Assembly: GCA_949358305.1 (NCBI GenBank)
Contig: OX442314.1
Location: forward strand, 310,001-374,000
DNA length: 64,000 nt
Direction: 5' to 3'
Source of the DNA: Strigamia acuminata
Taxonomy: Eukaryota
Shown: positions 10,750 to 23,472 of the stretch, one piece after another
Numbering within the stretch: the first letter of the stretch is position 1
How the letters are laid out: every line of letters begins with the position of its first letter
Made by a program: the position numbers and the translations under genes
Notes under the pieces: generated by a model
Told to the model about the DNA's origin: nothing
The model's input: only the letters and a program-made list of their open reading frames with translations
The model's database searches: none

Positions 10750-10802
10750 ATGAAAAGATGTACGAGTGAATTCTTTCTCCAAATTATAAAACTGTCCCAA
10801 CA

Positions 10803-10912
10803 AAACGTATCATTTTTTCAAGAAATTCGATGGAACGGTACAAACAGAAAACCCAAAAACCAAACCTAACCTAAACCTAACCTAAACCTAACCTAACTTA
10901 ACCTAACCTAAC
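10803..10912 (-). mobile_element. MULE subterminal/TIR segment with TTAGG-like repeats, truncated by Copia A
   Basis: Reverse complement matches ~27491-27592, which runs into a complete TIR related to the 8821 MULE. Confidence 0.7.
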
Positions 10913-11521
10913 CTGGAGCATATCCTCTCTCAACAAGCCTTCCTTGAAACAACACGGACACTCCAGAGTTCGCCATTTTCTATGGCCTCTGATAGATTTG
11001 CGACATTCAACAGAAACGGTGGCCGCACGGGCACGTCATCATGTTGCAACCCCGATTGTTTAAAGGAATGTGATTTCCTAGCTTGCAGATCCTTCAAAAA
11101 ATACAGACAAACCCAAAAAACTACTAAAAACCAAAAAAAAAAAAAATTCTGAAAATTACTGAAAACCAAATAAACTACTGAAAAAACCCCCAAAACTACG
11201 AAAAACCTCCGCCAAAAAAACTCGCGCACCCAACCACCTCTCCCCACCCCACCAGCGAGTTCAAACACTTTTTAATCGATCATTCAGGGCGGTTGATCTT
11301 CAATGTGCATATGTGTGTATCTCTGATTACAAACGGCCTGCGTTGGCTGCACATCGTGGACCTGCATACAGATGAAGCATCTGTGTTGTACCTGCTCCTT
11401 GTTTTATGGCCCTGCTTGGGGTGGCCAATCTCCTTGCATTTTTCTCCCGCACTGTATGCACCTGTTTCCATAGACAAGATCCGCGATACGAAAGAGCGCA
11501 TGCGCGAGACAAGTTGCGCCA
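10913..11521 (-). pseudogene. RNF216/TRIAD3-like RBR E3 ligase fragment, frameshifted
   Basis: LSEAIENGEL/ECPCCFKEGLLREDMLQ followed by a GT donor, resembling the start of RNF216 RING1; 1-bp deletion. An upstream exon-like block contains a stop. Confidence 0.55.
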
Positions 11522-11731
11522 CCTGATAGTGAAATAAGAAATCTGTCAAAAGTGACAGAAGTACACTACCTATTTGTTGATGTTTGTTGATGTTGAATGA
11601 GGCATTAGCGTAAACCTGTTTAAAATTTGTTAAACATATGCTGTACTTTATAAAAATAAATAAAATAATCATTTTCTCTTTTCATTTCTATTTAGTTTTA
11701 CTGTGTAAATAAAATAAAAATAATAAAAAGC

Positions 11732-12190
11732 AAATTCATCAAAAATATCCCGAATTTTGTCTAAATTCAACAAAATATCCCGAATTTTGTCTAAATTCAA
11801 CAAAATATCCCGAATTTTGTCAGAATTCAACAAAATATCCCGAATTTTGTCAGAATTCATCAAAAATTCCTCAAATTGTGTCAGAATTCATCAAAAATTC
11901 CTCAAATTTTGTCAGAATTCATCAAAAATTCCTCAAATTTTGTCAAAATCCATCAAAAATTCCTCAAATTGTGTCAGAATTCATCAAAAATTCCTCAAAT
12001 TTTGTCAAAATCCATCAAAAATTCGTCAAATTTTGTCAGAATTCATCAAAAATTCCTCAAATTGTGTCAGAATTCATCAAAAATTCCTCAAATTTTGTCA
12101 GAATTCATCAAAAATTTCTCAAATTTTGTCAGAATTCATCAAAAATTCCTCAAATTTTGTCAAAATCCATCAAAAAATTCTCAAATTTTG
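11732..12190. repeat. 30/31-bp tandem minisatellite (AGAATTCATCAAAAATTCCTCAAATTTTGTC)
   Basis: Visible tandem units; these produce the repetitive ORFs in all three frames. Confidence 0.95.
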
Positions 12191-12227
12191 GCAATATCTA
12201 TCAAAATCTCACATTTATTTCCTTCAG

Positions 12228-12841
12228 ATATATATCAAGTGTGGGAACTGGGAACAAGCCCAAAAGAGTTGCTTAGACGACCAACAAGGCAAAGAAATCA
12301 ACTTCGACATGCCCGACTTTCTCAAACCCCAACCGAAGAAACCACCACTAGAAAACCGCTTCAGCAAACCATCAATCCCAAAAAAATAGTACGACGAGCC
12401 AAACAACAATCAAGTAGTCAGGGCTGGAGTGGGAACAAATTTATTTCCGGGAAATCTGGGTGTCCGGGCCACAATTAATGAAGTCGGGACAGCAGGTCGC
12501 GTCAGGCCACAGCGGCCACGGGACACCGGGAAACTCCCGGTAGCCCGCCGGGCCAGTCCAGCACTGCAAGTAGTCATAGATGGCTAACCCGGAACGAACA
12601 TTTCCCGATCCCAACACAGAATCTGCCGCTCCCATCGAACTTCTGTGAAAAGACGGATAACAAGGACGATTCATTGACGCCGTCTAATATTTCGCCGCTT
12701 TCAAACGTCAACGACACGTCTCTGTACGTCGAGAAAGCAAATTTCACGCCAACCCTTCGACTCCAATTGCCGACACCGCCCAACATTCCGCCGCCGTTGC
12801 CGCCTAAAGCCGAAATACTACCCGCCGAGGCCGAGGAGTGA
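12228..12841 (+). pseudogene. Terminal-exon-like fragment of an unidentified Ser/Pro-rich protein, with in-frame stops
   Basis: TTCAG acceptor. One frame runs IYQVWELGTSPKELL...GHN**SRD...PPPLPPKAEILPAEAEE* with TAA TGA at ~12476. Confidence 0.35.
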
Positions 12842-14065
12842 CGGAGAATTAAAGAGTGCCAAAAAGTTATGTTAAATCATCAAACTGATGTGTCTTATTG
12901 CCTCAGTCTTGCCCTAACAACAGTATTAAACGATAGACCGGCAAATAATGATAGATAAACTTAAAACAGCTAAACATAAGAGAATTTTTTTTGTCCATGA
13001 CAGTACATTGTTATAATTAAAAAATGGATGTTTAGGTTAAAAAAAAGTATTTTTACGTTAAAAAAGTCAATTTTTATGTTAAAAAATGAATCTTCTTGCT
13101 AAAAATGAATTTTTACGCTAAAAACATGAATGTTTATGCAAAGAAAATGAATTTTTAAACAAAACCTCTAACACTCCACACAAAACTTCAACTTTGTTTG
13201 CTGTTCCTCATTTAAATTTAGGACCAAAATGACATCTGATTTTTACATTCTATTCTTTTCTCATAGCTGTAACACTTGGAAAAGCATGCCAAGTTACCCC
13301 AATCGGCCGTTTTCTACCATTACTAAAACACAGCTGAACAGCGCACGAAACACGCGAAACTGCCATAGTAAATAAGCTCACGACGCGACCTTCTGTCACT
13401 ATGCGACAGTATTAAGTTCGCTCAGCAGATGGCGCTGCAGTATCGCGGATCTTGTCTATTGCGCTGCGTCACCCCCTCGCAGCGCATTCTTGGCGCATTT
13501 TCTCTCTGTGTTTGTGCTCGGTTGGTGGCTCGCACTTGTTTTATTGGACGTGCATTAGAAATGCAGATGTGGAGTGTGACCTTTGGTCCATATGGTCGAC
13601 AAGGTTTTTTTTTGTGTTTTTTTGTTTTTGTTTAGAAAATGCGAGATTTATATGGGAATGGAAGGAGATTTTGGGTTTTGGTTGAATAAAGCGAGTTTTG
13701 GTTCCCGACGGGGAATTGGGATTTACTGGCGGCGCGAGGTCGGTCCATCGCCGCTTGGATCGACATCAATCCTCGGTGAACACAAAAAGTTCAAAAATCG
13801 TAATAATTTAATTTTGAAAAATCTAATAAAATAATAATAAAATAATAAAATAATAAGTAATAAAATATAATAAAATAATAATAACAAAATCTAATAAAAT
13901 AATAATAAAATAATAATAAAATAATAAAATAATAAAATAATAAAAGCAAAATTCATTCATCATCATTCTTTATTCTTTAATCAAACGTAATGGTCACACG
14001 GGCGAATGCGCTCATGCGCCTGAGGAGCAGCAGAATTGCCGCCAGTGCACCCATCAACAGCCCTA

Positions 14066-14409
14066 CAGTGAGGCTCTGAGGCACCACAGCCATGACACGT
14101 CATTCCCCGCTTTCTTGATCACTTTCTTTAGCCGCTGGAATCTGGCCTGCAATGAGCGGCCGGTTACGGTTAGGGAGCCGAGAAACTAAATATATAGGTG
14201 AAAATAAATTTTATAATTTTTTACAAAATTATTATTTTTCTACACGATCAATTGCTAATTGGTTCCAAGCGGCTTCAGTTGGGTGACCGCCGTAGCTCTA
14301 GGCGCAACTTCTGATGTCCTCATCCTCCGAGTCCGTGAATCGGTGTCTTATCCTCTGCTGAGGTGTCAGTGTGGCCGGCTTCACTTTCTTTCCACTCTCT
14401 TTGTTTTCT
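14066..14409 (-). pseudogene. Myb/SANT-like domain gene fragment (two exons, internal stop)
   Basis: Splicing a GT-AG intron (14243-14186) gives RHRFTDSEDEDIRSCA*SYGGHPTEAAWNQLAIDRFLGSLTVTGRSLQARFQRLKK. Confidence 0.45.
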
Positions 14410-14564
14410 CTGATATATGTAAAAATAAAATAAATATATAAATAAATAAAAAAATATAAAATATAAAACTAAAATATATGTGTCTAGTTAATTGTATTAA
14501 ATTAAATAACTTCTATTAGCAGAAATAAATCAAAAAAATATATTTTCATTCTGTAAACAAGTAA

Positions 14565-14911
14565 ATATATGTAGTGCATGGAAGCATTACATCGTAGACT
14601 TCTAAACCCCTTCTACACTTTTCTGTATAGAAGTACATCTGTCCGTCTGTCCCTTAAAATTTTTACTTATTCGGGTTTAGAAGTCTAAAAAAAAATGTCA
14701 TTTTCGATACCAGTTTGTAAAAGTTTAAAACCATTTATTTTTATTAAACCGGAGGTCGGAGAAATACGAAAATTCCTTAGGCACCTATTGAAGGTATGCT
14801 GAGTTCATTGCAGTTGCCCGTTTTGGAGGAGTTGATGCAGACAGACGGACGGACAGACTGACAGAACCGTTTTATGAGTCTTTCTAAACATAAGGTTTAG
14901 AAGTCTAAAAA
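14565..14911 (-). mobile_element. Helentron-associated (DINE-1/HINE-like) non-autonomous element
   Basis: Subterminal inverted repeat TAGACTTCTAAACC, (GTCY)n microsatellite, and a 3' stem-loop ATGTAATGC..GCACTACAT next to the subTIR. Confidence 0.6.
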
Positions 14912-16091
14912 GTAGCATATGATTTTAGTTTCGCTTTGATGACATGATGAGGTTTCACTGCATTTCTTTTTGTTCTTGTTTTCTTGTTTTCTTGGTCGGT
15001 TGCCGGTTGACCGTTTGATTCCACTTCTTCTTCTTGTCGGCCAGCCTATTTAAAAAAATTTGTCGTAATCAATCCGTTTGGTGTTAGATTAATTTTACAA
15101 AAACTATGCGCAGTTATTCGCGGATGTCTTTGAACGGAATAGAACGAAATACAGGAACTGTATGGACCATACTTTCACTAAAGTCCATACAGTTCCTGTA
15201 TTTCGTTCCTGGTGAAATGATGACAAGGAATTTGATGAACACAGGAAATTAATTCTCGAATTGATGAAGGGGTAATAAAAATGAGAAAAAAGTGAACTAA
15301 AAGCAAAAAAAATGTTTTATTTTTATGTAGGCAATCCATATATTCCAACAAACGTGGATAAATTTCCTGCAAACAAGCAAATCCATAACATTTTGCACGA
15401 CTTGCTCTGGGTTTAACAAAAAACCTTAACATTGTGAACTGTATTAATAACGGCGCAAAAGGACTTGCTGGCTGTTGGCGAAGTAAAAAAAAAATTATAA
15501 TTTAATTTAATTTAATTTAGATCAAAGCACCGGACATTTATGTGATCACTTCACTGTCGTTCGTTTTTACCTCTGTTAAACTTGAAGTAAATAAAAAGAT
15601 ATTCAAAGTTTACCAATCAATTTCTAAAGTCCTTGACTACAAGTGGATGTAACAGTTGAAAATTGCGTTGAAGTCCAAAATGGCGTTGGAGTATAAAGGA
15701 GCACGACCACACAGTTTTAGTTGAAAAAGTACACTGAGTTTATTCTATTCAAAAAAGGAAAAGGAAATGCAAATGACACGGTTCACAGAACCAATCACAA
15801 GCATCCGTAAGATAGGGGAATGACGTGTTCGAGCAGAGGAATGCAAAGGGATTAAAAGGGATTAACAAGTTAAGATTCCAATAAAAGAACAGGTCAACAC
15901 ATCTCAATGGAAATACAAAATACATTATAATATAAAAATGTAACATCGAAATCAAATACACAAATCAAATAAAATCATAAATTCAATATTAAAAAATCAC
16001 AAGTAAAAAATAGAAATATAAATCAACAATACTAATTTAAACAATATAGATGAAACTCAAATAATAACTCACGCGTAAAATCATCCGATTT

Positions 16092-19000
16092 TCACACTGC
16101 CGGGCGGGGATCACTTGACTCTACTTCCAAACGCACAAGACGTTGTATCGGTCGACGTAAATGTTCTCCATTAGCGAGCACCATCTCACATGATCTGATT
16201 TTATTATCTCGACCCTGCTTAACTTCGACCACTCTACCCATCTTCCATTTTAGACGTGGTTTGAATGGTTCCTCAATTATAACGACGTCGTTCAACTGGA
16301 GTTCTCGCACGCCTGGTTTGCCCGCTTGAATTTTCAGATCCGTCAAATATTCCCGAGACCAACGATTCCAGAATGAGAGCAACACACGCTGTTGGTAGCG
16401 CCATTGTCGAATGAATTGTTTCTGAGTCGGTTCGGGGCTGTCTGATGCTCCCGAGTCAGGTAGGTGAGTCAACATCACACCGGTCAGAAAATGTGCGGGC
16501 GTAAGTGGCTCAATTTCGTTTGGATCGTCGTATACATATGTGATCGGTCTGCGATTTATTACTGCTTCGGTTTGCACAAGAAAAGTTCCGAGTTGGTAAA
16601 AGTTCAAGTGTGCCGAACCGATAGCTTTCCTTAAGCACCTCTTGACCGTCTGCACCATCCTCTCCCAGAACCCGCCCCACCACGGTCCGTTTTCGACAAT
16701 GAACTTCCAATCGATGCCCTTTTGGGCCAAGTAATTTCGAAACGTCTCGTCCTTCGTGTGGTTTAAGAGTGAGGCGAGCTCTTTGTGGGCGCGGTGGAAT
16801 GTAGTTCCGTTGTCGCTGTACATCGTTTTCGGAAGCCCTCGGCGACCAATAAAGCGCTCGAATGCCCCCAAAAAGTCTGTTGTTGCTAGCGAGGGCACCA
16901 ATTCCAAATGGACGGCTCGAATTGTTGCACAGGTAAATACAGCTACGTACGCTTTAGTTTTCCGTCCCTTCACTATTATTGGTCCCGCGAAGTCGACTCC
17001 GGTGACTGCAAACGGTTGAGTTTTTGACGTCCTGTCGGCTGGGAGGGCGCCTGGCACTTCTCGCATCAGACGGCCGTTGATTTTCTTGCAGACGACACAT
17101 CGTTCCAACATCGTCTTCAAGGTCCTCCTTGCGGATGGTGTCCAGTAGTTTTCTCGAAATTTGGATAGCGTGGACGTCAGTCCGCAATGGAGGACCTGTA
17201 AATGTGAAAATCGCAAAATTAGTTCAGTCAGTTTGTGTTTAGGTGGCAAAATCAAAGGTTGAGTGGCAGTGGGCAAATCTCGCGATTCATGCAGTCTGTT
17301 TCGCAGCTCGATCAGTCCCATTTCGTTTAGTCGTGGATTCAGGTCTCGCAGTTTTGACTCTCCATGCACCGATTTGCCATTCCTCATTCCCTCGATCTCT
17401 CGGCCATAAACTTCCGTTTGCGCAATTTTAATCAAATTGAATTTCGCGCGTTTCAGCTCGGCTGCTTTCAATGGGCCTCGATCGCGTTGACTGGCATCTG
17501 CTTGTTGCTTTCCAGCATTGTCTGCGAACCTAAAAACCCATGCCAGCGTTCGGATTGCCTTTGACAGCGATCCAAACCTGTCAAACGGAAAAATGTTAGT
17601 TGTTGTTGTTTGTACCGCCTCGACGTGAATTTCTGCAGTTTCTTCATCTTCTTGCTCCTCGACTGTATTCGATGGCGCTTTTGGCCAGTTCTGGCGACTT
17701 CCGCGCAGCCAGTCCGGTCCCTGCCACCAAAGTCGGTCGGATATCATTGCTTCCGCGTCCATTCCCCTCGTCAGGCGGTCGGCTGGATTTTCAATTCCAG
17801 GCACGTGTTTCCATTCTTCAATTCTTGATTTTTCTCTTATCTCCAAGACTCGATTATGCACGAATGTTGGTGGTCGTTTGGACGTGTTTCCTATCCAGTG
17901 GAGGCATATCTGCGAATCTGTCCAAAAAAACATTTCACTTGGTGTCACCAACTCCTTAATTTGGTCGGAGAGGCGCACAGCAATCAATGCTCCCATGAGT
18001 TCAAGTTTTGGTAAAGTTAGTGGTTTGACAGGAGCTACACGACACTTTGAAATTATAAAATTTGTTTTGATCAAATCACCAGTACTGTTCTGTATATAGG
18101 CCACTGCCCCGTATGCCTTCGGACTCGCGTCGCAAAATATGTGCACTTCACACTGGTCGAACTCGTCCAATCCTAACCATCGTGGAATTTGAATGTATTT
18201 CAACGTGGGAATTTGGTCGGTCCATTTTTTCCAGTCGGTGAGCAATTCGTTGCCCAATTCGTCGTCCCATGGCAGGTTCTTGAGCCACAGGGATTGGAAG
18301 AACATTCGTGCAGTCACCGTGAATGGCGTGGCAAATCCTAAAGGGTCGAATATTTGAGACGTTATTTTTATTACTTCTCTTTTTGTTGTTTTCTTGCAAG
18401 ATGGGCAAGTTTCTTCGACCGCTAGACCCAATTCGTCCGAGTTTGGGTTCCACTTGACTCCCAACACTTTGGTCTCTTCATCTGACATCAGCTGAGAGTC
18501 AGTGGGATTTTCCTCGCGAAATTTTGTTCTTAGTTCTGGCGAATTGGTCTGCCACTTGGCGAGTTCCATGCCGGCTGCTACAAAAATCAGATTAGCTTGT
18601 TGGAATGTTACCAGCGCTTCAGCGTCGTTCTTGAGCGAAGAGATGAAGTCGTCCACGTACAGGCATCGCAATAGTAACTTCACAGTGTTGGGGTACTGTT
18701 TCTCGAATTTGCGCAGGTGGTGTCGGATGGTCGCGCTCAACAGAAATGGGCTCGGAGTAGCGCCAAATAATACTCGAGTTTGTCGTAGTATTTTCAGCAG
18801 TGCCTTTCCTACGCCGTCCCAGTGTTCATCAATCCAGAAGAATCTCGTTGCGTCGCGGTCCTTCAAGGCGATTTCGATCATGTGAAACGCCTTTTTGATG
18901 TCTCCCACGATGGCCACTCTTCCGAGACGAAATCCCAACAGCACAAATATTAATGACGGCAAAAAATTGATACCTTTCGACAAGCAGTCGTTCAAGGAGA

Positions 19001-21365
19001 GATGTCCCTTTCGATGTGAAGATGCATCAAATACCACTCTCAATTTCGTGGTTACGCGTTCTTCCTTGATGACTGGGCTGTGTGGCATGTAGTAAATGGG
19101 TCCTGTTGCCGTTTGATTCGGAATTTCTTCGACAATGCCTGTTTTCAGTTGTTCGTCGATGACTTTCTTGTATTCCAAATACAGGTTGGGTTGTTTTCTG
19201 AAACGACGGATTAGTGACATGATACGTTGCTCGGCGCCTCGATAGTTGTCGTCCAGCTCGTTGCTATTCACAATCCACGGCAGCTCCACTGAATAATTCG
19301 ATCCCGTCCACTTGATTGCCTTTTCGAACTTTTCCAACGTCTCAGCGTCGTCGTTCGTTTCGACCGACTCGTGGCGGACTCCGATCGGTTCCAGCTCCCA
19401 CATCCGGCGCAAAAGATCATCTGTTGATGGGGTGAGTGTTATTTTGTTAATTCTCACCGGTGCAGCAATGACTCTCGTTCCGTTTGTAGTCTGTCCGTGT
19501 AATGTCCAACCAAATTTCGTTTTTACTGCAATCAAGTTTTCTTCCAAAAATTCTGTTTGTCCAGTCATCACTCGCCAGTAATGGTCCACTCCAATTAGCA
19601 GGTCCACTTCCTTCGAATGCAACGCAACTTGCTTGCAGGCCACTTCGATTTTTCTTCGTTGTAGTTCCGCTTTGAGTTGTTTGTTTGGTTGTTCTCCAGG
19701 AGTGGACGTGACGTGGTCAGCTTCGATGGCTTCAATCGTGACTGCTGGCGACTTCGAGTTGGCGGGGCTGAGGACTAACTCGACTCTGTTGCGAACTTCT
19801 GATCTGGGCTCTTGCCCAAACACGGCCAAATTTATCGTTTCAGTGCCTAAAATTCTCAAATTCAGTTTTTTAGTCAACTCAGAGCGTATGAAGGTACGTT
19901 GGGCTCCCCCATCGATATAGCACACTCCCAAAGCTGAGTGCGTTGGTCCGGTCATCTTCACCATCTGCACCATCAAAAATTCGGACTTGGGTGGACAGGT
20001 GGTAACGACTGCGTTGGTGTGGGTGATTCCCTCGCCGGCTTCTGTAGCTTTTGGTGTGTCGCACACGTGGGTGTGATGCGCTCCCTCGCAGCTGTAACAT
20101 TTCATGCGAGTCCTACATTCTTCCGTCTTGTGGGGCACTTTCCCCAAGCATCTCATGCAAATCCCTTTTTTCTGCAGTCTTTTACGTCTCTCCTCCATTG
20201 TGAGCGGGCATTTTTTCCGATTGTGTTCTGTGGAATCGCAAAATTGACATTTCATTATTAATACTGACAGTTGCGACGCCGATCCCGATCGAGGTTCCTT
20301 TTCTTTTCGACTAAATCGTCCTTTGTTGAGGAGATTGTTGTCCGACGTTTTGTTGTGAGACGTTTCTGGCTTCGATTGGGTTTTTAGCATGTCGTACTTG
20401 GCGTGTTTAGCTATGTGATCACTCAACCAGTCCATCAACCTTGCTATCGACCTCTCTCCATCGCAGTCTTTGTCATATTCCATGATGATACTACGTGGAA
20501 CTGCAGACGACAGCACGGGAAAAATGGTCCGCTGTATTTCCGCCAGTGGTACTTCGATGTTGGCTAGATTCTCTATGTTGACTTCCACGTGTCTGTGCAG
20601 CTTCTGTAAACCTATTCGATCTCGCTCGCTGCTAACAGATGGCAAATTTATGAGGTTAGACAAGTATTTATTCTCGAGTACGATTTTATCGCCGTATTTC
20701 TTCTGTAGGCGTGCAATCGCTACGACGTAATTTCCTGCGGTGATCTCGAGTGCTTTGATGTCGTCGAGCGCTTCTCCAATTAGGTAATTTCTTAAATATA
20801 ACAGTTTATTTGTTCCATCCAATTGTTCATCGTCTCCGACTTGGATAGAAAATGTCTTCCAAAACCCTCCCCATTCTTCTGGCTTACGCCCGTCAAACTT
20901 AGGTATTTCCAGTGGCTTACGTTTGATGAATGGCTGGCCGTTCGTCGGGGTCGTGCGTGGTGTTGCCGCCGTCACTGCTGCGGTAATAGCCGCCGCTAGT
21001 GCGTCGATGTCCGCCGGTTGCGCGTCCGCGTTCGGTCGTGGATTCTGGGGTAAATTAGGCGGGTAATTCATTTGAGTGTACCTGTTTAGATCGGCTCTTG
21101 ATGCGGCCAAGCGGTCCTCCAATGCGTCGAGTGCTATTACGGTCTCGTCAATTTCCTGGTCGTTTTTTGCTTGATCCAGTGTGGCGTCGAACGTTTGTTG
21201 CACTCGCTTCTGTTTTTGTTCGAGCTGTTGCAGCCATAATTCGATTGTGGCTTGCGGAATTGCAGCTCGCCCATTCAGCGCAGTGGTTATCGTGGTCAGG
21301 AGTGTTTCCGTGACCATCATGGCCGCTCGGAATGCTTTGTTCTTTAACTCGAAATTTCTCACCAT
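16092..21365 (-). CDS. BEL/Pao gag-pol polyprotein (1757 aa)
   Basis: IPKFDG..W gag, triple Cys-His knuckles, IDGGAQ protease, RVVFDAS / DIKKAF / YVDD RT, FCDAS RNase H, GVDFAGP / SDNGTTF / GGFWER integrase, [11 protein letters not shown]-terminal domain. Confidence 0.96.
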   Translation of the reverse strand: MVRNFELKNKAFRAAMMVTETLLTTITTALNGRAAIPQATIELWLQQLEQKQKRVQQTFDATLDQAKNDQEIDETVIALDALEDRLAASRADLNRYTQMNYPPNLPQNPRPNADAQPADIDALAAAITAAVTAATPRTTPTNGQPFIKRKPLEIPKFDGRKPEEWGGFWKTFSIQVGDDEQLDGTNKLLYLRNYLIGEALDDIKALEITAGNYVVAIARLQKKYGDKIVLENKYLSNLINLPSVSSERDRIGLQKLHRHVEVNIENLANIEVPLAEIQRTIFPVLSSAVPRSIIMEYDKDCDGERSIARLMDWLSDHIAKHAKYDMLKTQSKPETSHNKTSDNNLLNKGRFSRKEKEPRSGSASQLSVLIMKCQFCDSTEHNRKKCPLTMEERRKRLQKKGICMRCLGKVPHKTEECRTRMKCYSCEGAHHTHVCDTPKATEAGEGITHTNAVVTTCPPKSEFLMVQMVKMTGPTHSALGVCYIDGGAQRTFIRSELTKKLNLRILGTETINLAVFGQEPRSEVRNRVELVLSPANSKSPAVTIEAIEADHVTSTPGEQPNKQLKAELQRRKIEVACKQVALHSKEVDLLIGVDHYWRVMTGQTEFLEENLIAVKTKFGWTLHGQTTNGTRVIAAPVRINKITLTPSTDDLLRRMWELEPIGVRHESVETNDDAETLEKFEKAIKWTGSNYSVELPWIVNSNELDDNYRGAEQRIMSLIRRFRKQPNLYLEYKKVIDEQLKTGIVEEIPNQTATGPIYYMPHSPVIKEERVTTKLRVVFDASSHRKGHLSLNDCLSKGINFLPSLIFVLLGFRLGRVAIVGDIKKAFHMIEIALKDRDATRFFWIDEHWDGVGKALLKILRQTRVLFGATPSPFLLSATIRHHLRKFEKQYPNTVKLLLRCLYVDDFISSLKNDAEALVTFQQANLIFVAAGMELAKWQTNSPELRTKFREENPTDSQLMSDEETKVLGVKWNPNSDELGLAVEETCPSCKKTTKREVIKITSQIFDPLGFATPFTVTARMFFQSLWLKNLPWDDELGNELLTDWKKWTDQIPTLKYIQIPRWLGLDEFDQCEVHIFCDASPKAYGAVAYIQNSTGDLIKTNFIISKCRVAPVKPLTLPKLELMGALIAVRLSDQIKELVTPSEMFFWTDSQICLHWIGNTSKRPPTFVHNRVLEIREKSRIEEWKHVPGIENPADRLTRGMDAEAMISDRLWWQGPDWLRGSRQNWPKAPSNTVEEQEDEETAEIHVEAVQTTTTNIFPFDRFGSLSKAIRTLAWVFRFADNAGKQQADASQRDRGPLKAAELKRAKFNLIKIAQTEVYGREIEGMRNGKSVHGESKLRDLNPRLNEMGLIELRNRLHESRDLPTATQPLILPPKHKLTELILRFSHLQVLHCGLTSTLSKFRENYWTPSARRTLKTMLERCVVCKKINGRLMREVPGALPADRTSKTQPFAVTGVDFAGPIIVKGRKTKAYVAVFTCATIRAVHLELVPSLATTDFLGAFERFIGRRGLPKTMYSDNGTTFHRAHKELASLLNHTKDETFRNYLAQKGIDWKFIVENGPWWGGFWERMVQTVKRCLRKAIGSAHLNFYQLGTFLVQTEAVINRRPITYVYDDPNEIEPLTPAHFLTGVMLTHLPDSGASDSPEPTQKQFIRQWRYQQRVLLSFWNRWSREYLTDLKIQAGKPGVRELQLNDVVIIEEPFKPRLKWKMGRVVEVKQGRDNKIRSCEMVLANGEHLRRPIQRLVRLEVESSDPRPAV

Positions 21366-21403
21366 TTTAGTAGATTTTTAGATGAATTCGGAATTTAAAA
21401 TGT

Positions 21404-21421
21404 TCCCGGGTTTCGGCACCA
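21404..21421 (-). promoter_or_regulatory. Primer binding site, tRNA-Phe
   Basis: Minus strand TGGTGCCGAAACCCGGGA immediately after the 5' LTR. Confidence 0.92.
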
Positions 21422-22114
21422 ATGTTAAACTTGAAGTAAATAAAAAGATATTCAAAGTTTACCAATCAATTTCTAAAGTCCTTGACTACAAGTGGATGTA
21501 ACAGTTGAAAATTGCGTTGAAGTCCAAAATGGCGTTGGAGTATAAAGGAGCACGACCACACAGTTTTAGTTGAAAAAGTACACTGAGTTTATTCTATTCA
21601 AAAAAGGAAAAGGAAATGCAAATGACACGGTTCACAGAACCAATCACAAGCATCCGTAAGATAGGGGAATGACGTGTTCGAGCAGAGGAATGCAAAGGGA
21701 TTAAAAGGGATTAACAAGTTAAGATTCCAATAAAAGAACAGGTCAACACATCTCAATGGAAATACAAAATACATTATAATATAAAAATGTAACATCGAAA
21801 TCAAATACACAAATCAAATAAAATCATAAATTCAATATTAAAAAATCACAAGTAAAAAATAGAAATATAAATCAACAATACTAATTTAAACAATATAGAT
21901 GAAACTCAAATAATAACTCACGCGTAAAATCATCCGATTTTCACAACCTCCACTTGCGAATTCGTGACTGCGTTCAGTTTGAATCGTCGCGAGCATAAAA
22001 AAGAGACGACAGAAAAGAGAGTCGCCCCAAATATTCGATAATGCTTAAAAAAAATGTGTTTGCTGCTTTCTTTATTCTCTTTAATACAATCTGTTGCATC
22101 TTTGTCATCATGTG

Positions 22115-22333
22115 CAGGGGCGGATCTAGCTTTTCGGGGGCCCGGGGCTTGAGGTTTTTTCGGGGCCCCCTATATCAAAATTTTTAATAGCGACCTTTCT
22201 TCTTTTTTGTCTTTCTAGCGACCTTTTTTTTTTTTTTTTTTTTTTTAGTACATGACCCTGCGTCTTAGGGGCCCCCTAGAATTTGGGGGCCCGGGGCTCA
22301 AGCCCCATTAGCCCCTATGTAGATCCGCCCCTG
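22115..22333. mobile_element. hAT-type MITE
   Basis: TIR CAGGGGCGGATCTA / TAGATCCGCCCCTG; 8-bp TSD ATCATGTG. Confidence 0.92.
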
Positions 22334-23472
22334 ATCATGTGAGTCATTAATTTGTGTTGCCGTGGCAACTACATTGAAAATTATGTTTGATCCTCACCTC
22401 CGAGGCGTGCAGGTGGAGCTTGGAGCAGGCTAGGGGTCGCGGGGGTGGATAAATGGATGTTAAAAGTACAAGTAAATAAATTGTATCGTGTTGAGTCATG
22501 GATGACATGCCAGTTGAAGTTTAATGGCTTTTCTAACTGTTTTGGGAGGAAATTTATTAGGAATTGTTTGTGGGCGAAAGAAAGAAGTAAGTCGGTTGTT
22601 GTGGATTATTGCATTGGTGATCAATGAATGGATTGGATGTGACAATGGGAGAAATTAGAATGAAGGTGTGAAGTGTGTAATGGGGAAATAAGAATGTGAA
22701 AGGAGAGTGTTGAGTGTTGAGTGTTGGAATGTAAGTGTGCTTGACAATAATGTTGGGAGATCAAGTTGGATGGGATTTTTGTAAATAGAAATGATGTTGT
22801 TTTTGTGATTTTTTTCTGGGAGATGTGATAATATTATTTCGATTTGTTGTTTCAAAGTCGGAGTGCAAACAAGACACTTTGGAATAACAATGATTGGCAA
22901 CAACAAATGTGAAACAACAATGATTGGCAATGACAAAAGTAAAACAATGATTTCAAACGACAATGTAAAACTAAATTTTGAAACAACAAAGTAAAAGTGC
23001 ACGTGTGCGGAGCGCTGCTTGTGTGGGAATATTCTTGGCAAAATCTAATAAACAAATAAATAAATGAATAAATAAATAAACAAATGATTTTGAGAACAAC
23101 ACCAAATATTATTATTGCTGTATTTTCTCGAGTAAGAGCCGCATCTCTTTCCCCCAGGGCGGCTCTTATTACAATTGTTTACCATATTTAGATTGAAATT
23201 TCAATTTTTCATTGAAATTTCAATTTTTTCATTGAAATTTCAATTTTTTTTTATTGAAATTTTACTTTTCCGTTGAAATTTTACTTTTCTGTTGAAATAT
23301 CCAATTTTTTTATTGAAATTTCACGCTGCACGGACACCAATAAACGAACAAATATGTCAGTCAATTCGAACGTGATTTGTCGCGAAAAACCCTGCCACCT
23401 ATGAGGAAACTGGAACCAGTGATCGTGTGTCATCAACAGTATTTTACCGGGTTTTTTACCCGATTTTTGATA

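Larger units (their letters stand above)
1..10802 (+). mobile_element. Ty1/Copia LTR retrotransposon A (5' part outside window), interrupted by Copia B (2696-8460) and a MULE (8821-10749)
   Basis: INT-RT-RNaseH order. The reading frame CYH|ARTKH resumes after insertion B. PPT-like ATGGGCGAG precedes a 3' LTR beginning TGTTAGAG at 8694; after the MULE it continues 10759-10802, ending GTCCCAACA (~171 bp rejoined). Confidence 0.9.
8694..10802 (+). repeat. Copia A 3' LTR split by the MULE (8694-8820 + 10759-10802)
   Basis: TG start after a PPT and CA end with imperfect terminal inverted repeat; the 9-bp duplication ATGAAAAGA marks the MULE insertion site. Confidence 0.75.
15574..21945 (-). mobile_element. 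BEL/Pao LTR retrotransposon, full length
   Basis: 523-bp LTRs at 15574-16096 and 21423-21945, identical by eye. 5-bp TSD ACCTC at 15569-15573 and 21946-21950. Confidence 0.96.

Noticed and set aside
11757..12276. Three overlapping 130-210 aa ORFs
   Set aside because: Translations of a 30/31-bp minisatellite.
13424..13438. CTCF-like motif CAGCAGATGGCGCTG
   Set aside because: A single short match of a type common in TEs; no supporting context.
15331..15573. Exon-like blocks continuing after the BEL insertion (21951-22041)
   Set aside because: Splice-like boundaries exist, but all frames contain stops and I cannot identify a product.
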